In this document: positions 10,208 to 19,947 of the stretch, in pieces | How the letters are laid out: each line of letters opens with the position of its first letter | Numbering within the stretch: the first letter of the stretch is position 1 | IMG/VR virus record: IMGVR_UViG_3300043464_002317 | Span: 17,323-81,322 of that record | Strand: one strand, 5' to 3' | Length of the DNA stretch: 64,000 bases | DNA from: a virus | Made by a program: the position numbers and the translations under genes | The notes under the pieces: generated by a model | What the model saw: the letters and a program-made list of their open reading frames with translations, nothing else | Database searches by the model: none | Told to the model about the DNA's origin: nothing

Positions 10208-11943
10208 AACTAAAAGAATTTGATAAGGAAGAAGTAATTGAATTTTTTCGCTCTCTAAATAGAAAAATAGAGAGCTTAACTTGTTTTGTAAAAGAGTGCT
10301 GTGAAAAAGTCCCTATAAATATAGGAAATGGTGCAAAAATTTATAAAAGGTTTTTTAATAATAAATGGGAATTTAAGAGTTTAATTCCTGGGGCTAATAT
10401 CGGAATAACTGAGACTGAAAATGAAATAGTTGTTTCTAATACTATGCCTCCAGTAAGTTGTGATTATATTGAAAATTGTATTGGCATTACACCTTTAGGA
10501 GATGCAAATAAATACTTAAATGAACAAGGAGATTTTTTAACAATAACAGTTCCTCCTTCGTTTATACAGTCAATATCTGACACATCAAACATTGACCTTA
10601 CTGTTACAGGAACAACTTTATCTGCCGATTTAACAAATACTACAGTTACACCTGCTACTTATGGAGATGCAAACAATATTCCTCAAGTAACAGTAGATAG
10701 TAAAGGAAGAGTAACAAATGTTACAGATATTCCTATTACAATTCCACCTAATTTTATAGACAGTGTTTCTGATACTTCTTCTATAGATTTAACAGTTACA
10801 GGTACTACACTATCGGCAGATTTTATAAATAATGCAGGATATACAACTAACACAGGAACTGTTACTTCTGTAGATTTAACAATGCCAAGCGCATTCACTG
10901 TATCTGGTAATCCAATAACAACTTCTGGAACTTTAGCAGTAACGGGTGCAGGATTAGTTAGTCAATATGTAAGGGGAGATGGTACGTTAGCTAATTTTCC
11001 AGCATCAACAGGCGGAGGTGCTTCACAATCATTTTATTTGAATGGTTCGGTTTCGCAAGGTACTTTTGGAGGAATAGCATGTAAAGAAATGGACAGAGTA
11101 CCAATATTAGGCGCAGGTACTGATTTCACTATAAACACCAACGGATATATTCAATCTTTTATTACAGATGCTAACGTACCTAATCAATTACAAATACCAG
11201 CAGGAAATTGGAACTTTGAAACCTATTTTAGTGCGTCAAGTGGTGGTGGTTCGCCATCTTTTTATGTAGAATTATACAAATGGGATGGAGCGACATTATC
11301 ATTAATAGCTTCAAGTTCAGCAAATCCCGAAGGTATTACAAACGGAACGGCAATAGATTTATATTTAACTGCTTTAGCAGTTCCACAAACAGCATTATTA
11401 GCAACGGATAGATTAGCAGTTAGAATATATGTTAGTAACAGTGGTAGAACAATTAAATTGCATACAGAAAATGGTCATCTTTGTCAAGTTATTACAACAT
11501 TTTCAACTGGAATAACAGCATTGAATGGTTTAACCGACCAAGTTCAAAACTTATCAGTTGGTACAAGCGGAACTGATTTTGCGATTAGTTCAATAAGTCC
11601 AACGCATACATTTAATTTACCAACAGCAAGTGCATCAAATAGAGGTGCTTTGAGTTCAGCGGATTGGACAACTTTTAATGGCAAAGTAAGTTCTGTTTCA
11701 GCAGGAACAAATATATCAATTACAGGAACGGCAACCAGTCCAATAGTTAATAAATTAAATTCTGAAAGACGTAATGACTGGGTAGCACCTTATTCTTATT
11801 GTGGAACAGCTCCAAATGGTTCAGCAGAATCAGCATCAGTGTGGACAATATATAGAATACAAGTAGCAAGTGATGGAACGGTGACTACATTATCAGCTAC
11901 AAATGTAGCATGGACAGATAGATTAATAGCAATATATACATAA
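10204..11943 (+). CDS. Tail fibre protein
   Basis: GTG start overlapping the holin stop; Thr/Ser/Gly-rich; VTVDSKGRVT, GTVTSV, QYVRGDGTLA, GALSSADWTTFNGK fibre motifs; duplicated PPxFIxSxSDTSxIDLTVTGTTLSAD. Confidence 0.8.
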   Translation: MKLKEFDKEEVIEFFRSLNRKIESLTCFVKECCEKVPINIGNGAKIYKRFFNNKWEFKSLIPGANIGITETENEIVVSNTMPPVSCDYIENCIGITPLGDANKYLNEQGDFLTITVPPSFIQSISDTSNIDLTVTGTTLSADLTNTTVTPATYGDANNIPQVTVDSKGRVTNVTDIPITIPPNFIDSVSDTSSIDLTVTGTTLSADFINNAGYTTNTGTVTSVDLTMPSAFTVSGNPITTSGTLAVTGAGLVSQYVRGDGTLANFPASTGGGASQSFYLNGSVSQGTFGGIACKEMDRVPILGAGTDFTINTNGYIQSFITDANVPNQLQIPAGNWNFETYFSASSGGGSPSFYVELYKWDGATLSLIASSSANPEGITNGTAIDLYLTALAVPQTALLATDRLAVRIYVSNSGRTIKLHTENGHLCQVITTFSTGITALNGLTDQVQNLSVGTSGTDFAISSISPTHTFNLPTASASNRGALSSADWTTFNGKVSSVSAGTNISITGTATSPIVNKLNSERRNDWVAPYSYCGTAPNGSAESASVWTIYRIQVASDGTVTTLSATNVAWTDRLIAIYT

Positions 11944-11955
11944 AATAAAAAAAAT

Positions 11956-12252
11956 ATGCCTTTAATAAGCACACAACCAACAATAGTAGACGGAAAAGAA
12001 TATCCATTTTTAGCATTAAATATGGCGGTAAGTCCATTTTGGCAACCTCAATATGTAGGTGGTTCAATAGCTTTAAGATTTACTCCATTTAGATATGATG
12101 AAAATCATAATGTAGAAAAATTAGAAAATCCTGATTATCAAAAAGTACTTAGCTTAATGGATGTATTTGATAATGGTACAACCGAGGAAAAAGATATTGC
12201 AAATAAAATAATGCTACAAATTCAAGAATTAATTAATTATAAAGGTTTTTAA
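11956..12252 (+). CDS. Hypothetical protein in the fibre block
   Basis: 98-aa ORF, TAATG-coupled to the next gene. Confidence 0.55.
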   Translation: MPLISTQPTIVDGKEYPFLALNMAVSPFWQPQYVGGSIALRFTPFRYDENHNVEKLENPDYQKVLSLMDVFDNGTTEEKDIANKIMLQIQELINYKGF

Positions 12253-13376
12253 TGGCAACTATAACATCAGCAGCAACAGGCAATTGGTCAGCAGGCGCTA
12301 CATGGGTTGGAGGAGTTCCTCCTACATCAGTAGATGATGCTGTAATTGGTGCAGGACATACTGTAACACTTGACGTTGATGCAACAGTAATTAGTTTAAG
12401 TGGTGCTGCTAATGCAGCTTCAAATTTAGCAATAACAACAAGCAGGAATTTTACTTGTACAGGGGCTAATGGAATAACATCTAAGACTGTATCAAATGGA
12501 GGTGCTTTAGTCAGAATAACAGGGGTGGGAACTACAGTTAATATTAATTCTAACATATCTCATACAGTTGCAGTTGCAGGAACAGGAACTTTTGCTTTAC
12601 AGGTTTCAACAATATGCACAGTAAATATTGTTGGTAATATAATTGTAGGTGATAATATAAATCATGCTACTTTAGTTATTGACGCTGCAACTGTTAATAT
12701 AACAGGTAATGTAAGTGGTGGTAGCAATGCAATCAGAGTAAATGGAAATTCAACTCTTAATATAACAGGAAATGTTACAGGTGGAGCTGCAGGCACACAA
12801 GCTACAATAGCTAACGCAACATCAGCTTGTACAATAAACATTACAGGAAATTGTACTGCTCAAACAAATATTGCATTAACGTCTGCACAAAATAGTACAA
12901 TTACAATAGTTGGAACAATAACAGCTAGTAGTACAGTAGTTGGAGTTAATATGTCATCTGGAAATATTACAATTTCCACACCTTGTCTAAACGGCACAAA
13001 TGGTGCAATGGCAGTATCAGCTCCAATTGTAAAAATATACAGTAGTGCAATTGCAAGTTGGGGATTTTTAACAGATATTCCAGCAACTAATAAATTTCTT
13101 TATTCAGCAGGGGTAGCACTTGGCAACCCAGTAATAGGAGATGTTAGAGATGGAACAGTATATGGAGCATCAAATGAATTAACAGGCTCATTAATTATGG
13201 CAGTACCAAGTGATGTAAGAAAAAGTGTTCCTACAGATGCAACAGTTGGAACAGCAGATTTAACAGCACAAGACATATTTACAGAAATAGCAAGTAGTTC
13301 TGACCCTATTGCTGTAAGATTAAGAAACATAGCAACAGTACAAACTACTGGAGCACAATTAGCATCATATAATTAA
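12252..13376 (+). CDS. Beta-helix fibre/spike protein, paralogue A
   Basis: GNWS..ATW.GGVPP...DD..I..GHTVT N-terminus; repeated T[VIL]NITGNV strands. Confidence 0.7.
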   Translation: MATITSAATGNWSAGATWVGGVPPTSVDDAVIGAGHTVTLDVDATVISLSGAANAASNLAITTSRNFTCTGANGITSKTVSNGGALVRITGVGTTVNINSNISHTVAVAGTGTFALQVSTICTVNIVGNIIVGDNINHATLVIDAATVNITGNVSGGSNAIRVNGNSTLNITGNVTGGAAGTQATIANATSACTINITGNCTAQTNIALTSAQNSTITIVGTITASSTVVGVNMSSGNITISTPCLNGTNGAMAVSAPIVKIYSSAIASWGFLTDIPATNKFLYSAGVALGNPVIGDVRDGTVYGASNELTGSLIMAVPSDVRKSVPTDATVGTADLTAQDIFTEIASSSDPIAVRLRNIATVQTTGAQLASYN

Positions 13377-13378
13377 TT

Positions 13379-14566
13379 ATGGCTGATAAGTATCCTACAA
13401 TAAATGGAAATTGGAGTAATCCTCTTATTTGGAATGGATTATCTAAACCCATTGCAGGAGACGATGTATATGCAGATGGTAAGACTGTAACTATTGATGA
13501 AAATGTAAATGTCGGAACTATTAGAAATACGCTTAGAAGTGGTGGTACAACAGGAGGTGCTTTCTTAGTTACTTCTGGAGGGTTTACCATAACAACTACA
13601 TCCGCACAAGGCTTTTTCCCTAACATAGGTACATACCTATTACAGTTAAGCCACACTACAGGAACAAACATAATAAATGGCTCGATAGTCTGTCCAGGTA
13701 CATCTAATAATGGTATATCAATTAGTGGTGTAGGTGGGACTACTAATATCAACGGAAACATAACAACTAATGGAGCTTCGATTGCTCTTCTTGTTTCAGC
13801 GGCAGCTACGGTTAATATAGTTGGCAATTTACAAGCAGGCACTTCATCAATTTGTTGCTCTATTACAGCAGCAGCAACTTTAACTGTAATTGGAAATGTA
13901 ACAGGGGCAGCAGGAGGTGGTGGTGCTGGTATAAACAATGCATCAGTAGCAGCAACAATTACTATAACTGGCAATGTTACAGGACAAGCAGGTGCTGGGA
14001 TAAGTAGCAATCAAAACTCTACAATAAACATAACAGGTAATCTTACAGCAAATAATACAAATGCTGTATCATTAACAGCATCACCAACAACAACAGTAGT
14101 TGGAACAATTACTGCTTCAAACAGTGCAGTAGGTTTAAACCAAACAGGAGGAACAGTTACTTTTTCAGGAACAGCAATTAATGCAAGTAATGGTGCAATG
14201 GCTATTTATTGTCCTACTATTAGATTATACAATGCTAATACAGTAGAATGGAGATTTAGGGATGAATTAGGTAATGTAAAAACATTATACAGTGCAGGAA
14301 TAGCATTAGGAAACCCTGCTATTACAAACGTAAGAAGTGGAATTACTTATGGAGCATCATTAGAATTAACAGGAACAATGATAGTTCCAAGTCCAAGTGA
14401 TGTAAGAATTTCAGTACCAACAGATAATACAGTAGGAACAGGACAATTAACAGCAGCAGATTTTCTTGCTGCAATAGCTGCTTCATCTGACCCTATAGCT
14501 GTAAGATTAAACAATGTATCTACAGTAGATACAAGTGGAGCACAAATGGCAAGTTATAACGTATAA
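13379..14566 (+). CDS. Beta-helix fibre/spike protein, paralogue B
   Basis: Same architecture; C-terminal about 95 aa highly similar to paralogue A (PSDVR.SVPTD.TVGT, SSDPIAVRL, GAQ.ASYN). Confidence 0.7.
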   Translation: MADKYPTINGNWSNPLIWNGLSKPIAGDDVYADGKTVTIDENVNVGTIRNTLRSGGTTGGAFLVTSGGFTITTTSAQGFFPNIGTYLLQLSHTTGTNIINGSIVCPGTSNNGISISGVGGTTNINGNITTNGASIALLVSAAATVNIVGNLQAGTSSICCSITAAATLTVIGNVTGAAGGGGAGINNASVAATITITGNVTGQAGAGISSNQNSTINITGNLTANNTNAVSLTASPTTTVVGTITASNSAVGLNQTGGTVTFSGTAINASNGAMAIYCPTIRLYNANTVEWRFRDELGNVKTLYSAGIALGNPAITNVRSGITYGASLELTGTMIVPSPSDVRISVPTDNTVGTGQLTAADFLAAIAASSDPIAVRLNNVSTVDTSGAQMASYNV

Positions 14567-14577
14567 AAATTAAATAA

Positions 14578-14706
14578 ATGGCAAAAACAAAACAAACTTC
14601 TGTAGGAACTTACAATCCAAAACCTAAGAGTAAGGGAAAATACAAGAAAAAATTAAATAAATCTGAAAAACTTTCGACCAAACCTTACGTTGGACAGGGA
14701 AGATGA
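14578..14706 (+). CDS. Small basic protein ending YVGQGR (42 aa, missed by the ORF track)
   Basis: MAKTKQTSVGTYNPKPKSKGKYKKKLNKSEKLSTKPYVGQGR*; Lys-rich with a YxGQG[RK] terminus seen in many phages. Confidence 0.7.
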   Translation: MAKTKQTSVGTYNPKPKSKGKYKKKLNKSEKLSTKPYVGQGR

Positions 14707-14723
14707 AATAAAAATAGTGTTTC

Positions 14724-14775
14724 ATAACAAAAAAAGTTATGTTTTCCAATCGTGTCTTAATTTTCAGTATATTTA
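14724..14775 (+). promoter_or_regulatory. Putative late promoter of the lysis/tail block
   Basis: ATAAC-N7-GTTAT (14724-14740) then TATATTTA at 14768-14775. Confidence 0.6.
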
Positions 14776-14806
14776 CAACAAAATAACCCAGATATGGGCA
14801 TACACC

Positions 14807-15535
14807 ATGGAAAAAATTAATAAAAACAAGATTTTTATTGGCGGCTTACTTTTACTACTTGTAGTATTATTGTTTCTATTTCTCAAAACTTCCTTAGAAG
14901 TACAGAAACAAAAAAACTTACTATTAGATAAGAAAATGGAGTATTTAAAGATAGAAAAAAATTTCTATATAAAACAAAATGCTTCTCTTATAGAAAAAAT
15001 TAATTATTTAAAAAATAAAGACTTAGTTTTAAATACAAAAAAACAAAAAGAAGTTAAAGTTTTAAATAAAATAAAAGTAGATAAAAAAGATAAACTAGAA
15101 AAAATAAAGAAGGATACTTCAGTAGTAAACCAACTAAACACATTTTCTAAAAACATAGAAGATAGTGCAAAACTAAAGGACGACTCTGTTTATTTCCACA
15201 AAGATAACCTAAACGAAATAAATTTTACTTTTGAAGAAAACTCCTATTTAAAACAAGAGGTTAAACAATACGCAAATATTCTAATTACTTCAGACTCAAT
15301 ATATAATAATCAAATATCTATAAACACATCAAAATCGGTAGTTATAAAAAATCAAGAAAGTATAATATCACTCCATATAGATGAGAACAATTTCTTGAAA
15401 AACGAAAATACGAACTTAAAGAAAATTCAAAAAAAGCAAAAAACAATAAATATCATCAAAAATATTGCGTTTTTTGCAGGAGGGAGTTTAATAGGAGTCA
15501 CATCTGGATTTCTAATTTCTAAATTTGCATACTAA
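14807..15535 (+). CDS. Membrane-anchored coiled-coil protein, spanin-like
   Basis: Likely start ATG 14807 (MEKINK); N-terminal TM, long coiled coil, C-terminal hydrophobic segment; directly upstream of the lysozyme. Confidence 0.55.
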   Translation: MEKINKNKIFIGGLLLLLVVLLFLFLKTSLEVQKQKNLLLDKKMEYLKIEKNFYIKQNASLIEKINYLKNKDLVLNTKKQKEVKVLNKIKVDKKDKLEKIKKDTSVVNQLNTFSKNIEDSAKLKDDSVYFHKDNLNEINFTFEENSYLKQEVKQYANILITSDSIYNNQISINTSKSVVIKNQESIISLHIDENNFLKNENTNLKKIQKKQKTINIIKNIAFFAGGSLIGVTSGFLISKFAY

Positions 15536-16062
15536 TGGGAGATATATTTGAATTAGTCAAGTATTACGAATCCCTACACGATGGAGATTTAAAAACTATT
15601 GGATTGCAACCAAAAATTTGCCCAGCAGGTTATTGGACTATAGGTTATGGACGAGTTATTAAAAACGAAAAAGGAGAGATGTTAACATACAAAACTCCTT
15701 ATAAAGATGTATTGAAGTATACTTTAGAAGACGAAAACGAAGCTTTAGCTTTACTAAAAGAAGATTTTGAAGATTACAGAAAAACAGTTAAACAAAATAT
15801 TCATCCAAGTATTTTTTTAAAAAAATATGAAGAAGATAGTTTAACATCTTTTTGTTATAATGTAGGAAGAGGTAATTTTTCTAAAAGTACACTAGTAAAG
15901 CTACTAAATAAGAACGACAGGGTAGGAGCAGCTAATGAACTCTTGAAATGGTGCAAAGCAAAAGACCCGAATACTGGGAAGATGATTATTTTAAAAGGAT
16001 TAGAAAAAAGAAGAAAAGCCGAGAAACATTTTTTTGAAACAGGAACTGTGAAACTATTTTAA
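15535..16062 (+). CDS. Endolysin, GH24 (T4/P21-type) lysozyme
   Basis: YES...CPAGYWTIGYG, SFCYNVGRGNF.KSTL, GLEKRRKAE motifs. Confidence 0.9.
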   Translation: MGDIFELVKYYESLHDGDLKTIGLQPKICPAGYWTIGYGRVIKNEKGEMLTYKTPYKDVLKYTLEDENEALALLKEDFEDYRKTVKQNIHPSIFLKKYEEDSLTSFCYNVGRGNFSKSTLVKLLNKNDRVGAANELLKWCKAKDPNTGKMIILKGLEKRRKAEKHFFETGTVKLF

Positions 16063-16064
16063 CC

Positions 16065-16616
16065 ATGAGTTTATTACCTACATTAAATTTCGATATATTG
16101 CCTACTTACGATTCAAGGATATTAGGTATTTATGATTCGTCAGATTGGAAACATTTATCTTCAGAAGAAGCGTATTTAGATGTGACCACACCAGGAAAAA
16201 AATTTCCAGTAACAAAAATATTTTATAAAAATAAAACAACAATCTATAATAGTGCGACATTTGAGTTAACTTGTACAGATTGCCAAGATGATTTAATTCC
16301 ATTACCAGACGGATTATATCATTTTAAACTTTTTATATGTGAAGGTTCTAAATTCAGCACTGAAAAGTATCATCTTAGAACAGTTAAGCTGTTAGCAAGG
16401 TTAGACCAAATTCTTATAGATGCTGATTTTGGAAGTTGTAACCCACATCTTTGTAATTTTGACCATCTTGTTGAAATAGACTTAATGTTAAAAGGAGCTC
16501 ACGCTAATATAAGATTTGGAAATATAGAAGAAGGGATGATTATTTATAATAAAGTTTTGGATAAAGTTAAACAATTAGAGACATGTGCGGATGTACCAAA
16601 CCTAAGAAGCCAATAA
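16065..16616 (+). CDS. Putative tail hub/structural protein
   Basis: 183 aa; LPDGLY motif; Cys-containing; lies in the tail block. Confidence 0.5.
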   Translation: MSLLPTLNFDILPTYDSRILGIYDSSDWKHLSSEEAYLDVTTPGKKFPVTKIFYKNKTTIYNSATFELTCTDCQDDLIPLPDGLYHFKLFICEGSKFSTEKYHLRTVKLLARLDQILIDADFGSCNPHLCNFDHLVEIDLMLKGAHANIRFGNIEEGMIIYNKVLDKVKQLETCADVPNLRSQ

Positions 16617-16629
16617 AAAAACCAGCTAA

Positions 16630-16872
16630 ATGAATGAGTCAACTCAACTTCGTGAAAATACTGTACAGTCTGTTTTAAAAAAAATAGATATGTGGTATGC
16701 TGATAAATCTTCTAAATTAGTAAGAAATATTCGTTTCGATACTAAATATAAGATAGATTTAGATAGATTTATACTATTATCTATGTATGACAGAGTTCTA
16801 TGCAGTCCAGTAAGAAATGAAGTTGAATTAGAAGGAGAATTTTTAGAAAAAGTAAAAAAAGCAATTAAATAA
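16630..16872 (+). CDS. Hypothetical protein
   Basis: 80-aa ORF coupled to the next gene. Confidence 0.5.
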   Translation: MNESTQLRENTVQSVLKKIDMWYADKSSKLVRNIRFDTKYKIDLDRFILLSMYDRVLCSPVRNEVELEGEFLEKVKKAIK

Positions 16873-17357
16873 TGAGTAGTAATAAAAATAAAAGAACTTG
16901 CAAAAATTGCAGAGATTATGTCACAATATCTTGTGGAGAAGGAAAAACTTTTGCTCCTTGTGTAGGAGTAGAATATGATTTTCCTGATTTCTCTTCATTA
17001 TTAGACGATGACGGAGACCCAATACAATGTGCAACATTACAAGATGTCGTTGAAGATGTTTACACTATTTTAGAAGACTGGCAACTAGATTTAACAGAAT
17101 ACGATAAAAAATGTTTAGATATAGAAGAAGTAACGGAATTTAATATTCTACAAGGTCTTACAGATTTAATTTGCGAACACGAAGAAAGAATAGATGCATT
17201 AGAAAATGTATGTAACATTTTAAATAAAAATATAACAGCTTGTGGATTAGATTTAACATGTTTAGAAGGTACTGATGATTGCGATAATCCTGTAAACCTC
17301 AACACCCTTAAAGATGTTTTACAAGCATTAATTAACAAACATTGCCCAACACCTTAA
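16872..17357 (+). CDS. Cys-rich putative tail protein
   Basis: 161 aa, multiple Cys, short helical repeats (LQ.L...IC). Confidence 0.55.
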   Translation: MSSNKNKRTCKNCRDYVTISCGEGKTFAPCVGVEYDFPDFSSLLDDDGDPIQCATLQDVVEDVYTILEDWQLDLTEYDKKCLDIEEVTEFNILQGLTDLICEHEERIDALENVCNILNKNITACGLDLTCLEGTDDCDNPVNLNTLKDVLQALINKHCPTP

Positions 17358-17359
17358 TT

Positions 17360-18061
17360 ATGAGTACTAAAAATTGCACAAACTGCGACCCAGTTTATAT
17401 AGAAAAATGTGACAAAGACATCTGTGATATTGAAGTCCCAGCAAACTGTGTTATTGTAAATGAAAAATACCCTTGTATAGGAGTTAATACAAAACCAACT
17501 AAATTAAGCGTATTTTTACAAAAATTAGTAGACTATCTTTGTAACTTAGTCTTAGAAAGTTCTTGTACAGTAGCTGTATCCTCAGACGACACTTGCTGTG
17601 GGTATTTAGAAGATAAATTTGTTTCAGATACTTTAGATATAGAAACAGAAACAGATGAAAACGATTGCCAGAAAATTCGTTTAGAGTACAATAATTGTGG
17701 TTTAGATTGGCAGAATATTACGCTAAATCTACCTTTTACTGGTGTAACTACAATACCCCCTGCCCCAGCAGTACAAACTGCACAATATGCAGTTGACAAT
17801 TGTGGTAAGGTGTATTTTAGAGGTTCTTTTCTAATTCCAAATGGTACAGATACTTCTATAGATAGCTTATTCTTTACTTTACCTTCAGGAGCAAGACCTT
17901 TACTTACTAGAGGAGCTTTAAATATTCGCCCTGCATCAAATTCTGGCGATTCTTATACAACTACCTTTTTACCAGACGGGCAGGTTAGGATAAGAGAGAC
18001 TGTTACTTTTGATAGTACAGCTTACGTTCTTTTAGACGGTTTTTCATACGAAATAAATTAA
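17360..18061 (+). CDS. Cys-rich short fibre with C-terminal beta-sandwich head
   Basis: Likely start ATG 17360; W.NITL...GKVYFRG...FTLPSGARP head motif. Confidence 0.6.
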   Translation: MSTKNCTNCDPVYIEKCDKDICDIEVPANCVIVNEKYPCIGVNTKPTKLSVFLQKLVDYLCNLVLESSCTVAVSSDDTCCGYLEDKFVSDTLDIETETDENDCQKIRLEYNNCGLDWQNITLNLPFTGVTTIPPAPAVQTAQYAVDNCGKVYFRGSFLIPNGTDTSIDSLFFTLPSGARPLLTRGALNIRPASNSGDSYTTTFLPDGQVRIRETVTFDSTAYVLLDGFSYEIN

Positions 18062-18070
18062 AAAATTAAA

Positions 18071-18652
18071 ATGAGTCATCACTTAAATTCTTGCGGAGAA
18101 CCAATAAAACCATGTTGTAATACACATGACGATTGTTTAGGCTGCACCCATTATCATACTACAGACTGCATTACAGTAAATGATGATTATGAATGCCTTG
18201 AAGTTGAAAAAGGAGACTTATTGTCTACCGTTTTAGAAAAATTGTGCGAACAATCAACTCAAAATTGTACTTTAACTTGGCAAGATATTACCGTTAAATC
18301 TGCATATACTGTACCTGCGGTATTCAGTACACTTGCATTACAAATACCACAATTTGCAAAAAATGAATGTACAAATCAAGTTTATTTAAGAGGCACATTT
18401 ATGATTCCACAAGGTAATCCAGACCCTAATTCTGCCTCAGCCTTTACATTACCATCAGGTTTTAGACCAGTAACCAACCGTTTATTTCCGAACAGCTTAT
18501 TCCCTTTAGATGGTTTTGACACTGCATCACAAAAATATACGTTATTATTAATTAAACCTAATGGGCAAGTTATACCATCAGAAATAGCTGGAAATTCAGC
18601 CAACAGAGATTTATATTATTGTTTAGACGGAATCGTATTTGAAACAGATTAA
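18071..18652 (+). CDS. Cys-rich short fibre, paralogue of the preceding gene
   Basis: W.DITV...QVYLRG...FTLPSGFRP...PNGQV...LDG motifs shared with the 17360 gene. Confidence 0.6.
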   Translation: MSHHLNSCGEPIKPCCNTHDDCLGCTHYHTTDCITVNDDYECLEVEKGDLLSTVLEKLCEQSTQNCTLTWQDITVKSAYTVPAVFSTLALQIPQFAKNECTNQVYLRGTFMIPQGNPDPNSASAFTLPSGFRPVTNRLFPNSLFPLDGFDTASQKYTLLLIKPNGQVIPSEIAGNSANRDLYYCLDGIVFETD

Positions 18653-18674
18653 AAGGTGTGATTGGTTGCCTTTT

Positions 18675-18714
18675 AGGGGGGAGAGCACTACGTGCTACTC
18701 CCTCTTTTTTTTTT
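18675..18714 (+). terminator. Rho-independent terminator
   Basis: AGGGGGGAGAGCAC-tac-GTGCTACTCCCTCT followed by a long T run. Confidence 0.85.
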
Positions 18715-18766
18715 ATAACTAAAAAAGTTATGAATTATAATTGTAACAATTTTTGTTGTATATTTG
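18715..18766 (+). promoter_or_regulatory. Putative late promoter
   Basis: ATAAC-N7-GTTAT (18715-18731) and Bacteroidota -7 box TATATTTG (18759-18766), 4 nt before ATG 18771. Confidence 0.7.
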
Positions 18767-18770
18767 CAAG

Positions 18771-19457
18771 ATGACGAATCGTGAATTTGTAAGCAAAGTT
18801 AGGCATACACTCAAAACGCTCAATATTGACGAGCGTATGAGTAATAGATTTATTCTGCAAGTTGGAAGAGATTATGTACAAAATATTCTCGCTAATCGAC
18901 CATTAAGCGATATTCTTCGAGACAATTCGTTTAGCACTGTTTTAGAGTGTTTTCCAATGGAAAAATTAGACACTGTTAAATGCGATGTTGTAGAGTTCAG
19001 AACATGCCAAACAGTCATGAAATCTAAAAAAAAGATTCCAGACTTGTTTAATTCTAAAATAGGTTTATCTGTCATATCTGTTATAAATATAGATAGAACT
19101 ATTGAATATCAACCACTTAGAAATATAAAAGATTTTATAAATGAGTCTAAAAGAATGTTCGGTAAACATTCTAAATATTATTATATAACTAATGGTTATT
19201 TATATGTATTAAACTCTGAAACAGAATTAGTGCATATAGAAGGTCTTTTTATAGACGAAAAACAAGTTAAAGAAGCTTCAGATTGCACAGACTGTCCTGC
19301 TTGCACCAAGATTCTTGATATGGAATTTAAATGTCCAGCTAAATTCTTGAGTGTTATTCACGAGCAAGTTGCAAATACGTTAAGACTTCCAAGAACGATA
19401 ATAGAAGATGAAAACCCAGACGGAGACAGTAACCAAAAGTCAGAAAAACAAGCATAG
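18771..19457 (+). CDS. Tail ring protein
   Basis: Likely start ATG 18771 (MTNREF); SKKKIP, YYYITNGYLYV, EGLF.D motifs of crAss-like ring proteins. Confidence 0.6.
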   Translation: MTNREFVSKVRHTLKTLNIDERMSNRFILQVGRDYVQNILANRPLSDILRDNSFSTVLECFPMEKLDTVKCDVVEFRTCQTVMKSKKKIPDLFNSKIGLSVISVINIDRTIEYQPLRNIKDFINESKRMFGKHSKYYYITNGYLYVLNSETELVHIEGLFIDEKQVKEASDCTDCPACTKILDMEFKCPAKFLSVIHEQVANTLRLPRTIIEDENPDGDSNQKSEKQA

Positions 19458-19947
19458 GACTTATTCAAGAAGTACTTATGTAGATAGTTCTTTTAGTGCG
19501 CACTCTGGTGCTCTTTATAAAATGTTTATAAAAACATATCCAGAATATAATTATCTTTCTTATAAAGAAATAATTCAAACTTTCAACGAATTATTAGAAT
19601 ATATTGGAGAAACATTAATCAATTCTGAGCATGGAATTATTTTAGAAGGTATCGGATATTTTGGAATGCCATCATATAATAAAAAAAGAATTCTTTTACC
19701 AAAAGTTCGCTTTTTAGACGATATTTATATAAATGACAGAGATAAAACAGATATATATACATCCGCATTTTTCCCACATCTTTACAAAAATCTCGATGCA
19801 ATGGCTTGGAGATTTCAATTAGATTTAAAATGGAGAAGAAGAATGAGAGATGTTATTATTAAGGGACATAAATACACCTGCCATGCAGAAGTGTTTAAAA
19901 AAATAAAAAACAATGGTAGAACTCGTATCTTTGGAGAATCTTATTAG
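19408..19947 (+). CDS. IHF/HU-like DNA-binding protein
   Basis: Helix then IILEGIGYF resembling the HU/IHF V.L.GFG.F motif; located before the tail tubular gene as in crAss-like phages; start uncertain. Confidence 0.55.
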   Translation: MKTQTETVTKSQKNKHRTYSRSTYVDSSFSAHSGALYKMFIKTYPEYNYLSYKEIIQTFNELLEYIGETLINSEHGIILEGIGYFGMPSYNKKRILLPKVRFLDDIYINDRDKTDIYTSAFFPHLYKNLDAMAWRFQLDLKWRRRMRDVIIKGHKYTCHAEVFKKIKNNGRTRIFGESY

